The notes beneath the pieces were generated by a model. That model saw nothing but the letters and a program-made list of their open reading frames with translations, made no database searches and was not told where the DNA came from. Positions 21,144 through 31,495 of a stretch of 64,000 nt of DNA are shown piece by piece. The position numbers were made by a program, and so were the translations under genes. Numbering within the stretch: the stretch's first letter is position 1; each line of letters starts with the position of its first letter. This DNA comes from a bacterium (GTDB lineage: Bacteria > Electryoneota > Electryoneia > Electryoneales > Electryoneaceae): positions 2,752,001-2,816,000 of the forward strand of contig CAXXKJ010000002.1 in the NCBI GenBank assembly GCA_963675295.2, read 5' to 3'.

Positions 21144-21499
21144 AGCAAATCCTCCCTAAAAGGTACGCGGCTCAAGTAGCGGCGTGGATAGAAAAACTAC
21201 AGGATCGGATCTTCGTCTTTCAAGAAGAAGAGATACCGGCTAAGCTCTGGAATCTCGCAGATAAAGCCCAGCAGCTTCTGAGTGGTGCTGACAGACTATT
21301 CCCTCTGTGCTTCAGCGATACCCAGCCTACGCACCTTCAACTACGTGATCCTGTAACGGGTGACTTGAATTGCAGGATTCGTGCGGTTAAACAAGATCGA
21401 AGCGGAACCGTCAGACTGGTGGTGGAATCACAGTCACGACCGGGGCAGCCGTTCCTGATAACCTTCCGCCAGTCCGGAGGACGGACGTATGTCAGTTGA
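21140..21499 (+). CDS. Hypothetical protein
   Basis: 119 aa, overlaps both neighbours; GGAGG RBS. Confidence 0.6.
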   Translation: MKQILPKRYAAQVAAWIEKLQDRIFVFQEEEIPAKLWNLADKAQQLLSGADRLFPLCFSDTQPTHLQLRDPVTGDLNCRIRAVKQDRSGTVRLVVESQSRPGQPFLITFRQSGGRTYVS

Positions 21500-23504
21500 T
21501 CCGGCTGCAAGTGCAATCCTGAACGGATTGCCACAGGTGCCAGACCTTGACCAAATCCGGCGCGCGCATGGAATCTACAATGCCCTCGGCTACCGTACAT
21601 GCGAATTTGACCGTGGTACGAAAGCACCTCGTGAGCCCGGCTGGCCAACACGCACGGTCACAGAACCCAGGCTGCTGAACCTCGGGATCATACTTGGCGA
21701 GGCTAGCGGTTGGCTCACAGATGTTGACCTTGATACACCTGAAGCGATAGCAGCCGCACCCTGGATTCTACCAGCTACGAAGATGAAGAGCAGGCGTCAC
21801 GCTGCTCCGGTAAGTCACTTCTGGTATCGTTGCCAAGGTCTCCCACCAGACAAGACGCGTGTAGAGTACAACGATCCAAAACCTCCGAACGGCGGTCGCG
21901 CTTGTCTTGTCGAACTTCGCTGGGGCGGTAGAGGGGGCATACAAACCGCTGTACCTCCGTCTATCCTTCCCCGCTCTGACGGGTCCGGCGATGATCGGGT
22001 TGAGTGGGAGGACAAAAAGGCACTGACACCAGCAGAGGTCGATCCTGCAACCCTTCAACAGGCGGTGAGGAAGGTTGCCGCAGTCGCACTCCTTGCGCGA
22101 CGATGGGTGAGCGGAAAGCGTCATGCAATGGTCCTGCCTTGGGCTGGAACGCTCGCAAGAGGGGGGATCGGTGAAGATGCGGCTGTCCTATTGACGAAGG
22201 CGCTTTGTGCTGCTGCTGGCGATCCAGAAGTAGATGACCGCATTCAAGCCGTTGCCGATACCTATCAGAAACACGAGGCTGGGATCTCCAATTTTTCCGG
22301 CATACCCACCCTGAAATCCCACCTTGGCTCGAAGGAAACGGCACTGCTCTGCGAGTGGCTGGGAATCGAAACGGGGAGTGCACGTCTACCCCAACCGGAT
22401 CTATCCGTAGCTGAACGATATGTGCAGGTGAAAGACGATCTTTCTATTGAAGTCCTTGAAAACGCTCGCTTGGCAGAAGAAGACATTCAACTGCCCACAA
22501 TGCAGGATGTAATCAACAGGTGCGGGAAGATAACGTGGCTGTGGCAAGATTATCTGGCAAATGGTGCGATTACGCTTATCGTTGCGGATAAAGGCGTAGG
22601 CAAATCCTGGGTTGCACAAAGCATTGTAGCATGTGTAGTGCATGGGCTACCGTGGCCCAACTCAGCGTTCAACGAAGATTTAGACGGCGGATATGTGTTG
22701 TGGGTCGAAGCCGAGGGCCGAAAAGTACTGAACGCTAATCGGTTGAAGGGAATGAACGTTAATCTTGATCGGGTAGTAATGCCGGAAATCGATAGCGCGG
22801 GGATTGACTTGACCAAACCCCAGCATTGGTTGAAATTTGTCGGTGCGGCGCAAAGACCGGAGATCAAACTGATCGTGATTGACTCGCTATCCGGTGCTCA
22901 CGAAGGAGATGAAAACAAAACCCAGGACCAGCAACGTGTGATGAAGCGGCTCGCCAATTTCGCGGAATTTCTTCAGAAACCGATCATCGTGACGCACCAT
23001 CTACGAAAGAAGGCTCCAGGCCAGCAACGAAAAAATGTTGAGATAGACGATGTTCGGGGATCAGGCTCAATCACGCAGTACGCTCAGGTTATCGTTGGGA
23101 TTACCCGCACCAGCGATGAAAGCCCGGTGATGCACGTCAAGCAGATACGTAACAACCTCGTGGAACACCCGCGCGAACAACTCGAAGCACGTGTAGTGGA
23201 TGGAATTGTTGAATGGGATACCGTTGAATCATCCGATTCCGACACTTCCCATCAGTCACAAGCCTATAAGTTCTTCCTGTTCACACTCGAAGAAGCAGGA
23301 GACGGTGGAATCACCGCTAAGAAGCTGGTTGCGACCATGCAGCTGCAAGGACACAGTTACCAAGATTACCTGACAGCACGCGCCAAAGCGATTGTCGAAG
23401 ACCTTCTGGTAGAAGTTGATGAACGAGATATGCACGGCACGTTCCTCGGCAAGACACTGAAACTGGCGAAACCGATACCAGCTGGTGAAAACGATTCGTT
23501 CTAA
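21489..23504 (+). CDS. Bifunctional primase/polymerase fused to AAA_25/RepA-type helicase
   Basis: KAP..PGW, NLGI..G, DVDLD, H.WY, PPS (Prim-Pol); ADKGVGKS Walker A, IVIDSL Walker B, HHLRK, RGSGS. Confidence 0.85.
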   Translation: MSVDPAASAILNGLPQVPDLDQIRRAHGIYNALGYRTCEFDRGTKAPREPGWPTRTVTEPRLLNLGIILGEASGWLTDVDLDTPEAIAAAPWILPATKMKSRRHAAPVSHFWYRCQGLPPDKTRVEYNDPKPPNGGRACLVELRWGGRGGIQTAVPPSILPRSDGSGDDRVEWEDKKALTPAEVDPATLQQAVRKVAAVALLARRWVSGKRHAMVLPWAGTLARGGIGEDAAVLLTKALCAAAGDPEVDDRIQAVADTYQKHEAGISNFSGIPTLKSHLGSKETALLCEWLGIETGSARLPQPDLSVAERYVQVKDDLSIEVLENARLAEEDIQLPTMQDVINRCGKITWLWQDYLANGAITLIVADKGVGKSWVAQSIVACVVHGLPWPNSAFNEDLDGGYVLWVEAEGRKVLNANRLKGMNVNLDRVVMPEIDSAGIDLTKPQHWLKFVGAAQRPEIKLIVIDSLSGAHEGDENKTQDQQRVMKRLANFAEFLQKPIIVTHHLRKKAPGQQRKNVEIDDVRGSGSITQYAQVIVGITRTSDESPVMHVKQIRNNLVEHPREQLEARVVDGIVEWDTVESSDSDTSHQSQAYKFFLFTLEEAGDGGITAKKLVATMQLQGHSYQDYLTARAKAIVEDLLVEVDERDMHGTFLGKTLKLAKPIPAGENDSF

Positions 23505-23748
23505 TCCTAAAAATACCATGCAATATGCAATGCATCGGTCTCGTGAAAAGGGGGTTTTACACTACATGGTCGTTTTTATTGAACTTACGTCGAATGCGGT
23601 TTGCAACGCTTATGGCAAGGCACCATGGAATCGGGTGAGCCTTGCATACCGCGTAAGCTGTAAGTCGTTAAAAAACATCCATTGAGTCTAGGCCGCACCC
23701 CCAGTGCAACGCATTTTGCAATGCACACTGCAACGTATTTTTGGGATT
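23503..23748. repeat. Candidate replication origin bounded by 32-bp imperfect inverted repeats
   Basis: 23503-23534 vs reverse complement of 23717-23748, 26/32 identical; TGCAAYGCA-like iterations. Confidence 0.55.
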
Positions 23749-23772
23749 TTGATATCGAAAGGAGATCGAAGA

Positions 23773-24231
23773 ATGCCCACTGCTAAAAGAGCGACGCAAC
23801 AGCGAGGTAGACCGTTCAAACCCGGACAGAGCGGAAATCCGGCAGGCAGACCGCAAGGCTCGAAGCACAAAGCCACACTCGCGGCTGAGGCGCTGTTGGA
23901 TGGCGAGGCTGAGGCGTTGACACGGAAAGCTGTAGAAAAGGCGCTGGAAGGCGATACAACGGCGCTCAGGCTATGCTTGGAACGAATCGTGCCACCGCGC
24001 CGGGATCGGACCGTACCGTTCGATTTCCCCCAGGTAGAGACCGCTTCCGATACAGTCAAGGCAAAGACCGCGCTACTCCGGGTGGTTGCGGACGGTACCC
24101 TCTCCCCTGCCGAGGCGCAAGCGTTATCCGGACTGCTCGACGGATTCCTCAAGACCCTTGAAGTGGTCGAACTTGAAGAGCGGCTTGCTCGGGTTGAGGA
24201 GCGGATGGAACAGCAGAGGAACACACGTTGA
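23773..24231 (+). CDS. DUF5681 protein, small-terminase-like
   Basis: FKPGQSGNPAGRP.GSK, A.EGD..AL.L.LER motifs; AAGGAG RBS. Confidence 0.75.
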   Translation: MPTAKRATQQRGRPFKPGQSGNPAGRPQGSKHKATLAAEALLDGEAEALTRKAVEKALEGDTTALRLCLERIVPPRRDRTVPFDFPQVETASDTVKAKTALLRVVADGTLSPAEAQALSGLLDGFLKTLEVVELEERLARVEERMEQQRNTR

Positions 24232-24485
24232 ACCGCGCAATGTTGAATCGCCTCGAAGTGCTGGAGCGGCTGACGTTTGAACCTGACGGTTTCCAGGCAA
24301 TGCTTCGTTCGGAATATGATCGTCTGCTTTCAGAGCACGGTGACGAGGAGAGCGTCCGCAAGGTGCTCGGTGTCCGGCTGCTTGTCGTTGTGGATGAAGA
24401 CCCGCCCGGCGGAGACGAAATGGCCGTTTGGGCTGTTGAGTCGCTTTACTCGGCGCTGGAACGATCCGGATACGAGGGCAAATAA
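24228..24485 (+). CDS. Small hypothetical protein, paralogue 1
   Basis: NRLEVLER...SEY..LL.EHG.E...LG; overlaps upstream stop; GAGGA RBS. Confidence 0.65.
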   Translation: MNRAMLNRLEVLERLTFEPDGFQAMLRSEYDRLLSEHGDEESVRKVLGVRLLVVVDEDPPGGDEMAVWAVESLYSALERSGYEGK

Positions 24486-24486
24486 C

Positions 24487-24942
24487 GTGAACCGTGCGAA
24501 GCTGCTTCATCGGCTGGATGTGCTTGAACGGTCACTCCCCCCTTCCCCGGTTTTGTTCATGTTGCCGGGAGAATGGCAGGAACATGTTCGGAAACATGGC
24601 GGAAGCGAATCCCGCGCAAAACGTGAACTTGGGACCGAGCCCGTGCTGGTGCCAGACGAGACCACTCGTGCGTATGCCGAGGAGATGTTCAACAATCCCG
24701 CTCCCAGTCTCCTTAGAACGACCGTGGCCGAGGTTTGGGACAAGATCTTTGAATGCAACGGCGGAACCCCTGCCATTTTAACCGATTTCCCGGTTGTCGT
24801 GTGCGCAGATTGGATGACGTATGACGCCCTCGCCGGGAAAAACCCGTTGATTACCCGGTTCGGGTGCGGCTTGACCGGAGAGGAACACCGTGATCTCGAA
24901 GATGAAGCGGCGGCTGAAGACGCTCGAAGATCGGCTGAATAG
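24487..24942 (+). CDS. Hypothetical protein, paralogue 2 (151 aa)
   Basis: GTG 24487; NRAKLLHRLDVLER...GEW..HV.KHGG.E...LG. Confidence 0.65.
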   Translation: MNRAKLLHRLDVLERSLPPSPVLFMLPGEWQEHVRKHGGSESRAKRELGTEPVLVPDETTRAYAEEMFNNPAPSLLRTTVAEVWDKIFECNGGTPAILTDFPVVVCADWMTYDALAGKNPLITRFGCGLTGEEHRDLEDEAAAEDARRSAE

Positions 24943-25111
24943 CGTCTCCGGGTTGACAGTGTTCCTCGCGTCAGAGTGGCACAAACTGCTCGAACAGCAC
25001 TGCGGAGATGAATACGCGGCTCGTAGGAGCACCGGTTCACACGTACTGATCGTCTCTAAATCGGCTGATCGAGAGGCGCTGCAAGCGTGCCTGGATGCTG
25101 TCTACAGATAA
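24890..25111 (+). CDS. Small hypothetical protein, paralogue 3
   Basis: RRLKTLED...SEW..LL.QHCG.E...TG; GAGGA RBS. Confidence 0.6.
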   Translation: MISKMKRRLKTLEDRLNSVSGLTVFLASEWHKLLEQHCGDEYAARRSTGSHVLIVSKSADREALQACLDAVYR

Positions 25112-25251
25112 AATCTGAAAACCATTGCGAACACCTCCAAGAGTCACCTGCCCAAGAATACCAATCAGCACATGCCTCTGTTTGTGAATTCTTGTACTCT
25201 CTGCACTAAGTTGAAAGCCAAACTCAGTCACCAGTACTGGAGATTGGTCCG

Positions 25252-27351
25252 ATGAAAATCAGCGTCTCTGTGATTCTAGTTTGCTTCACAGCACTCACAG
25301 CATCCGCACAGCCGGTTTGGGTTGACCGTGAGATACACTCCGGCCTTGACCAAGATTTGACCGCAAACATAGCTGATATTGATGGGGATGGAGACCTTGA
25401 CATTCTCTCTGCATCCTACAATTCCGATTACGTACAATGGTGGGATAATCTTGATGGTACTGGACTTAACTGGTCGTATCACCCTATTGGAAGTATAGAT
25501 GGTGCTCGTTCCTCGTACGCTGGCGATATTGATGGAGATGGTGATTTAGATGTTGTTGGTGCAGCATATTTTGATGATGATGTTATATGGTGGGAAAACG
25601 CAAATGGTAACGGGACAAACTGGATAGAACATACGGTAGATGACAATTTTAATGGCGTTAATGCAGTTTATATATCTGACATTGACGGTGATGGAGATAA
25701 TGATGTGATCGGTGGCTCTTGGTGGAATGGATTCAAGTGGTGGGAAAATATTGACGGTGATGGAAGGTTTTGGAATACATATACTGTTTCTGGAACAGAT
25801 TATGGTGTATCAGTTCACTGCGCTGACGTAGATAGTGATGGTGATATTGATGTATTAGGAGCATCAACAGACAACGAAAAACTATTTTGGTGTGAAAATG
25901 AGGATAGTAATGGCACATCATGGATCGAACATACTATGTCATTAAATTCGGGTGATGCAAGAGATGTAAATACGATAGATATTGACTCAGATGGCGATAT
26001 AGATATTATAGGTGCTATAGATCATAGTATTATGATTTGGGAAAATGACGGTACCAATAATATAAATGATTGGAATGAATATACTTCTGGAAACATAGGT
26101 GGTACAATGTCAGTATATGCCGTAGATGTTAATGAAGACGGTTGGATGGACATTCTATCTTCAATATGGTCGGGTACGCCGATATCTTGGTGGGAAAATG
26201 ATGGTACGAATGATATTTCTAACTGGTTAGAACACCTTGTAACAGAAGAAGGAGGAGAGTTTGGCAGTGTAAAAGAAGCATGTTCGGGAGATTTTGATTC
26301 TGATGGTGATTGGGACGTACTTGGAGCATCCTATGATTCAATCACGTGGTGGGAGCAACATTACCCGACAGAGATTTTAGCTCCAAATGGTGGTGAGGCT
26401 TGGAGAATCGGGACAACTCACGATATTGAATGGAGTACTACTGCGGACCAGACAATCACCCTTGATCTTCTTGATGGTGAAAATCTGGAACGTACATTGG
26501 CCGAGGATATTGAAAACTCTGGAATCCTTGAATGGACAATTCCGAACGATATTCAACCGGGTCAGAACTACTACATCCGGTGCACTATAGCTGATGGTTC
26601 CGAACAAGACGTTAGCGATGTAGCGTTTGCAATTACTGCTCTCCCCGGATTGACTCTTACTCCGCATTTACCCCCGATTATTATTCCGTCACAGGGTAAT
26701 GGTTTCTGGTACTGGGTTGAGATAAGTAATCACTCTCCATTTTCAGGAACCGGTCACTACTGGACTGAGGTCGTTTTACCGAATGGAAACACTTATGGCC
26801 CACTGTCAGTTACGCCCAAGACGCTAGAGCCGTGGCAGACGTTTGCCCCCGGCCTACCCTTCCCACAGTGGATACCAGCCTATGCACCGGCAGGTACATA
26901 CGATTTCGTGATGCACGTGGGTATCTACCCGAATTTGATCGTTGCAACAGATAGCTTCGAGTTTGAAAAGCTAGCAGGGACAAGCACGGTTTCCGTCCCT
27001 CAGTCTGCCTGGAACGTGGAGGACTGGCGCAACGAAGCATGGGAGACCACGGGTGCACAGGTAGCCACTCAGGAACCGCTCCCTAACGAGTTCAGCGTCT
27101 CCCCCGCGTATCCGAACCCCTTCAATGCCAGCATCTCGCTCACGGTGTTCCTGCCCGAACCGGCAGAACTGACTGTGACCGTCTACGACGTGCTCGGGCG
27201 CGAGGTGGCTATCCTTGCCAATGGACAACACTCTGCCGGGAAAAATCGGCTTACGTTTGAAGCATCCGGCTTGGCGAGCGGTCTGTATTTCGTCCGCGCG
27301 ACGGTTCCCGGCCACCTCGACCAGGTGCAGAAGGTGATGTTGGTTCGCTAG
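25252..27351 (+). CDS. Secreted FG-GAP/VCBS repeat beta-propeller protein with Ig-like domains and T9SS-type CTD
   Basis: Signal peptide; seven DxDxDGDxD..WWEN repeats; PNGGE.W..G.T.DI.W module; YPNPFN..ATVPGHLDQVQKVMLVR. Confidence 0.85.
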   Translation: MKISVSVILVCFTALTASAQPVWVDREIHSGLDQDLTANIADIDGDGDLDILSASYNSDYVQWWDNLDGTGLNWSYHPIGSIDGARSSYAGDIDGDGDLDVVGAAYFDDDVIWWENANGNGTNWIEHTVDDNFNGVNAVYISDIDGDGDNDVIGGSWWNGFKWWENIDGDGRFWNTYTVSGTDYGVSVHCADVDSDGDIDVLGASTDNEKLFWCENEDSNGTSWIEHTMSLNSGDARDVNTIDIDSDGDIDIIGAIDHSIMIWENDGTNNINDWNEYTSGNIGGTMSVYAVDVNEDGWMDILSSIWSGTPISWWENDGTNDISNWLEHLVTEEGGEFGSVKEACSGDFDSDGDWDVLGASYDSITWWEQHYPTEILAPNGGEAWRIGTTHDIEWSTTADQTITLDLLDGENLERTLAEDIENSGILEWTIPNDIQPGQNYYIRCTIADGSEQDVSDVAFAITALPGLTLTPHLPPIIIPSQGNGFWYWVEISNHSPFSGTGHYWTEVVLPNGNTYGPLSVTPKTLEPWQTFAPGLPFPQWIPAYAPAGTYDFVMHVGIYPNLIVATDSFEFEKLAGTSTVSVPQSAWNVEDWRNEAWETTGAQVATQEPLPNEFSVSPAYPNPFNASISLTVFLPEPAELTVTVYDVLGREVAILANGQHSAGKNRLTFEASGLASGLYFVRATVPGHLDQVQKVMLVR

Positions 27352-27376
27352 CTAGACAAGCTACGGCAGATTTATC

Positions 27377-27409
27377 AAAGGGCGCTTCGGTCACATCGGG
27401 CGCCTTTTT
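27377..27409 (+). terminator. Putative intrinsic terminator
   Basis: AAAGGGCGC...GGCGCCTTTTT. Confidence 0.5.
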
Positions 27410-27801
27410 CTGTAACTTCCTATACGAAGGCGTTCAAAGGGAAAGTTATGGAAAATCGTGTCCAACCCGCCCTATGTGCCCCACGAAAAATTTCCAGAAA
27501 ATATATCAGTGCGTTCGATCCCGAGGCTCCGTAGGTACCGGTTTACGGGGTATTTCCACGCAGGCCGTATCTCCACTACGGGGGCCGTTTCTGCGCAAGA
27601 CAGGTTTTCACGCACTTTTTTGTGTTGTCTCGCTGCAGCGCGCTGCGTGCAGCACCTTGAATCGGGGGATGTCAGCACACAACAAAACAAAAATGAGAAT
27701 CCGGATTGCTGGGATAGCAAGCCTGATACACAAACCGTATATTGATTTTCAGGGATCGATCTAAGCCACGCAGCTGGGATCAGTATCTGGGGGAGGGAAT
27801 C

Positions 27802-29637
27802 ATGAAAAAGCTTACCATCCTACTTTGTGCCATTCTGATGTGCACCACTGCATCCGCGCAAGAATGGACCGAACACGCGGTAGATTCTGAGTTTGAAGGT
27901 GCAAACTGCGTTTACGCGGCAGATGTGGATAATGATGGTGACATAGATGTGCTTGGCGCAGCAATTTTTGCAGATGACATTACTTGGTGGGAGAATCTGG
28001 ATGGTACAGGTCTGGTCTGGTTTGAACACATAGTGGATGGAGAATATGATGGTGTTCAAAGTGTTTACGCGGCAGATATGGACGGTGACGGCGATATCGA
28101 TGTTTTGGGCGCTGCATATTCTGTAGACGAGATCACTTGGTGGGAAAATTTAGATGGCAATGGATTGAGCTGGGCTGAACACGTGGTTGACGAGAATTTC
28201 AATGGATGCAGGAAAGCATATGCGGCTGATGTGGACGGCGACGGCGACATGGACGTACTCGGCGCAGCAAGTTCTTCCGATATGATCGCTTGGTGGGAGA
28301 ATCTCGATGGCACAGGCCTGAACTGGTCTGAACACATAGTTGATGAAATGTATAATTACGCGCATTGTGTTTTCACGGCGGATGTGAATGGAGATGGCAA
28401 CATGGATGTGCTTGGTGCTGCATGTATTGACGGCATTGTCTGGTGGGAGAATCTCGATGGTACAGGCCTGAACTGGTCTGAACACGTAGTAGATGAAATG
28501 TTTGATTGCGCGGTAAATGTTTACGCGGCAGATGTGGATAATGATGGTGACATAGATGTGCTAGGCGCAGCCCGAAATGTCAACGATACAGACGACATTG
28601 CCTGGTGGGAAAACGTAGATGGCGATGGGCTGAACTGGTCCGAACACTCGTTGGACGAGAATTACGACGGCGCTTGGGGTGTTCATGCAACGGATATGGA
28701 CGGCGATGGCGATGTGGACATACTAAGCTCTGCCCAACACGCCCAAGAGATCACCTATTGGGAGAATCTGGATGGTACAGGACTTACCTGGTTTGAACAC
28801 ACAGTGGATGACTCGTTTGATATGGCAAGGGGTGTTTTTGCTGAAGATGTAGATGGTGATGGCGACATCGATGTTCTGGGGGCAGCTCTATTTGCCGATG
28901 ATATCGCCTGGTGGGAACAGCTTGGATCTCCCGACCTGATCGACATCAGCCTGACCGCCCCGAATCCGCTAATCGTACCCCGGGGAGGGAGTTTTCAATA
29001 CGAAGCCCTGGTAACGAGCAACCTTCCTTCACCATACAATGTAGACTTCTGGACGTATGTCAGCTTGCCCAACGGTTCGCCTTATGGCCCGCTGCAACGG
29101 ATCAACAACGTTCCGATGACACCAACGACAATCATCGGACCGGTCAACCTGGGTCTTGCTATTCCCCAGACCGCCGTCCTGGGTGAGTACACCTTCCATA
29201 TGCAGGCTGGACGATTCCCGGCAACGGTGGTCGGGGAAGACGAGTTCCCCTTTGAAGTGGTCGCAGCTACCGGCACAAACGGCCTGCCATCCAGCGATTG
29301 GTCCGCATGGGGACTGGACCAGCTACACCAGACTAGTAGCGAAGAAACGGTTACTGATGTGGCTACTCCCACTACCTACTCGCTTGCCGGTGCGTATCCG
29401 AACCCGTTCAACGCGAGCACTACGCTGACCGTGAACCTGCCGGAGATAGCTGAATTGACCGTGGTCGTGTACAACACGCTTGGCCAGGAGGTGGTGCGAA
29501 TAGCGGACGGCACCATGTCGGCCGGGAAGCACGATTTCTCCTTCAACGCCAGCACGTTATCCAGCGGTGTCTATTTTGTCCAGGTACGGGTACCAGGCAA
29601 ACTGGACGAGTTACGAAAAGTCGTTTTGATGAAATAG
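27802..29637 (+). CDS. Secreted FG-GAP repeat protein with T9SS-type CTD
   Basis: MKKLTILLCAILMCTTASAQ leader; seven repeats; YPNPFN tail; GGGGAGGG RBS. Confidence 0.85.
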   Translation: MKKLTILLCAILMCTTASAQEWTEHAVDSEFEGANCVYAADVDNDGDIDVLGAAIFADDITWWENLDGTGLVWFEHIVDGEYDGVQSVYAADMDGDGDIDVLGAAYSVDEITWWENLDGNGLSWAEHVVDENFNGCRKAYAADVDGDGDMDVLGAASSSDMIAWWENLDGTGLNWSEHIVDEMYNYAHCVFTADVNGDGNMDVLGAACIDGIVWWENLDGTGLNWSEHVVDEMFDCAVNVYAADVDNDGDIDVLGAARNVNDTDDIAWWENVDGDGLNWSEHSLDENYDGAWGVHATDMDGDGDVDILSSAQHAQEITYWENLDGTGLTWFEHTVDDSFDMARGVFAEDVDGDGDIDVLGAALFADDIAWWEQLGSPDLIDISLTAPNPLIVPRGGSFQYEALVTSNLPSPYNVDFWTYVSLPNGSPYGPLQRINNVPMTPTTIIGPVNLGLAIPQTAVLGEYTFHMQAGRFPATVVGEDEFPFEVVAATGTNGLPSSDWSAWGLDQLHQTSSEETVTDVATPTTYSLAGAYPNPFNASTTLTVNLPEIAELTVVVYNTLGQEVVRIADGTMSAGKHDFSFNASTLSSGVYFVQVRVPGKLDELRKVVLMK

Positions 29638-29671
29638 GCGGAAATTCTGCCAGTATCTGGGGGAGGGAATC

Positions 29672-31495
29672 GTGAAAAAGCTCGTCATTCTTTTCTTTGC
29701 CATCCTGATGTGCACCACTGCATCCGCACAAGAGTGGGTCGAACACGCCGTGGACGGCGATTCATTTGGTGCTTGTTCCGCATACGCCATGGATATTGAC
29801 GGCGATGGCGATATCGACGTGCTTGCTGCAGCGACGTTTGCCCATGAGATAACCTGGTCGGAGAACACAGATGGATTGGGCACAGTCTGGACCGAACACA
29901 CCGTGGACGGCAATTTTGGCTACACAGAGTCTGTTTACGCAACAGACATTGACGGTGACGGTGACATCGACGTAGTTGGTGCGGCGACTGAGGACCTAGT
30001 CACTTGGTGGGAAAATGTTGCTGGATCTGGCACGGTATGGACCGAACACACCGTGGACAACAATATTGATAACCCGCGTTCTGTTTACGCAACAGACATT
30101 GACGGTGACGGTGACACAGATGTGCTCGGTGCTGCATATTTTGGAGATGAAATCATTTGGTGGGAAAACGTTGACGGCGCGGGCAGTGCGTGGAACGAAC
30201 ACACTGTGGATGGTGCTTTTGAAGGTGCAATCTCGGTGTACGCAACAGATATGGACGGCGACGGCGACACCGATGTGCTTGGTGGGGGGTTTCATGCTGA
30301 CGAAATCACATGGTGGGAGAACACCAACGGTGTCGGCACAGTCTGGACAGAACATACCATAGACGGTGATTTCGAAGCGTTTTCCGTTTACGCAACAGAC
30401 ATTGACGGCGACGGCGATGTCGACGTTTTTGGTGGTGATACGGGTTTTTCTGTCCAGGGCCTCACGTGGTGGGAGAACGTTGATGGTGCCGGCACGGTGT
30501 GGACCGAATACCTATTGGACGGCGATTGCGTTGGCGTACGTTCCGTGTATGCGACAGATGTTGATGGCGACGGCGACACTGACTTGCTCGCAGCAGATCA
30601 GTGGGAGAACAACATCTCGTGGTGGGAAAACGAGAATGGCGATGGCAGCGAGTGGATCAGACACACTGTAATTGGAGATTTCGAGGGCCCTCAATCTGTT
30701 TACGCCACGGATATTGACGGTGACGGCGATATCGACGTACTTGGTGCGGCTAACCCAGGCTACGAAATAGCATGGTGGGAACAGGTGAATGCGGAACTCA
30801 CCCTTGTTCCTCATCAAACCACAGTTCCTTCCGGTGGTGGACACCTAATCTTCGATGTGACCTTATCTATCCCCGGAAATGTTCACATGCTTCATGCACA
30901 GTTTTGGACGGAGCTGACATTCCCGAATGGCGGCGAATGCTTGCTGCATATGCGTGCATTTGAAGTTGATCCGTTCATGAATTTATCGTTCTCAGATATC
31001 GCAACACAAAATGTGCCAGCTGCCGCTCCGCCTGGGATTTACACATACACCGCCAGTGCGGGTCGGAACGGTTTTCCTCGATTGATTGAAGTCACGGATT
31101 CCTTCGAGTTCGAGAAATTGGGCGATGCAACTGTATGCAGTAACTATGTGTTCAAGCCCGACGATTGGCAGTTCAACGGTCTGGACTTTGGATCGGAAGC
31201 GGGTGATGTTCAAGCGACCATTGTACCTGACGAGTTTATGGTGACAGCTCCCTACCCGAATCCCTTTAATTCGACCACCTGCATTAGTATCAGACTGCCG
31301 GAAACAACTAAGCTGGAGGTGACTGTATTTAGCGTGACCGGGCAGCGAGTCGTTAAACTGGCGAACGGCCGGTATCAGGCCGGATCGCACACGCTGACCT
31401 TCGACGCGTCCAACCTCGCGTCCGGCCTGTACTTCATCCGCGCCACCGTGCCTGGCCAGCTCGACCAAGTGCAGAAGGTGATACTGGTGCGCTGA
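29672..31495 (+). CDS. Secreted FG-GAP repeat protein with T9SS-type CTD (tandem paralogue)
   Basis: Same 21-nt upstream leader and similar signal peptide as 27802; seven repeats; YPNPFN tail. Confidence 0.85.
   Translation: MKKLVILFFAILMCTTASAQEWVEHAVDGDSFGACSAYAMDIDGDGDIDVLAAATFAHEITWSENTDGLGTVWTEHTVDGNFGYTESVYATDIDGDGDIDVVGAATEDLVTWWENVAGSGTVWTEHTVDNNIDNPRSVYATDIDGDGDTDVLGAAYFGDEIIWWENVDGAGSAWNEHTVDGAFEGAISVYATDMDGDGDTDVLGGGFHADEITWWENTNGVGTVWTEHTIDGDFEAFSVYATDIDGDGDVDVFGGDTGFSVQGLTWWENVDGAGTVWTEYLLDGDCVGVRSVYATDVDGDGDTDLLAADQWENNISWWENENGDGSEWIRHTVIGDFEGPQSVYATDIDGDGDIDVLGAANPGYEIAWWEQVNAELTLVPHQTTVPSGGGHLIFDVTLSIPGNVHMLHAQFWTELTFPNGGECLLHMRAFEVDPFMNLSFSDIATQNVPAAAPPGIYTYTASAGRNGFPRLIEVTDSFEFEKLGDATVCSNYVFKPDDWQFNGLDFGSEAGDVQATIVPDEFMVTAPYPNPFNSTTCISIRLPETTKLEVTVFSVTGQRVVKLANGRYQAGSHTLTFDASNLASGLYFIRATVPGQLDQVQKVILVR

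Noticed and set aside
19158-25111. Complete prophage or ICE
   Set aside because: No structural, lysis, relaxase or conjugation genes recognised
27420-27780. ORFs 27458-27745 and 27474-27764, and palindrome GCAGCGCGCTGC
   Set aside because: No RBS or motif support; single GC-rich palindrome; no convincing sigma-54 + enhancer module here
25252-31495. Integron cassette array
   Set aside because: No attC-like RYYYAAC...GTTRRRY hairpins seen between genes (one gap is only 34 bp); the integrase looks phage-type
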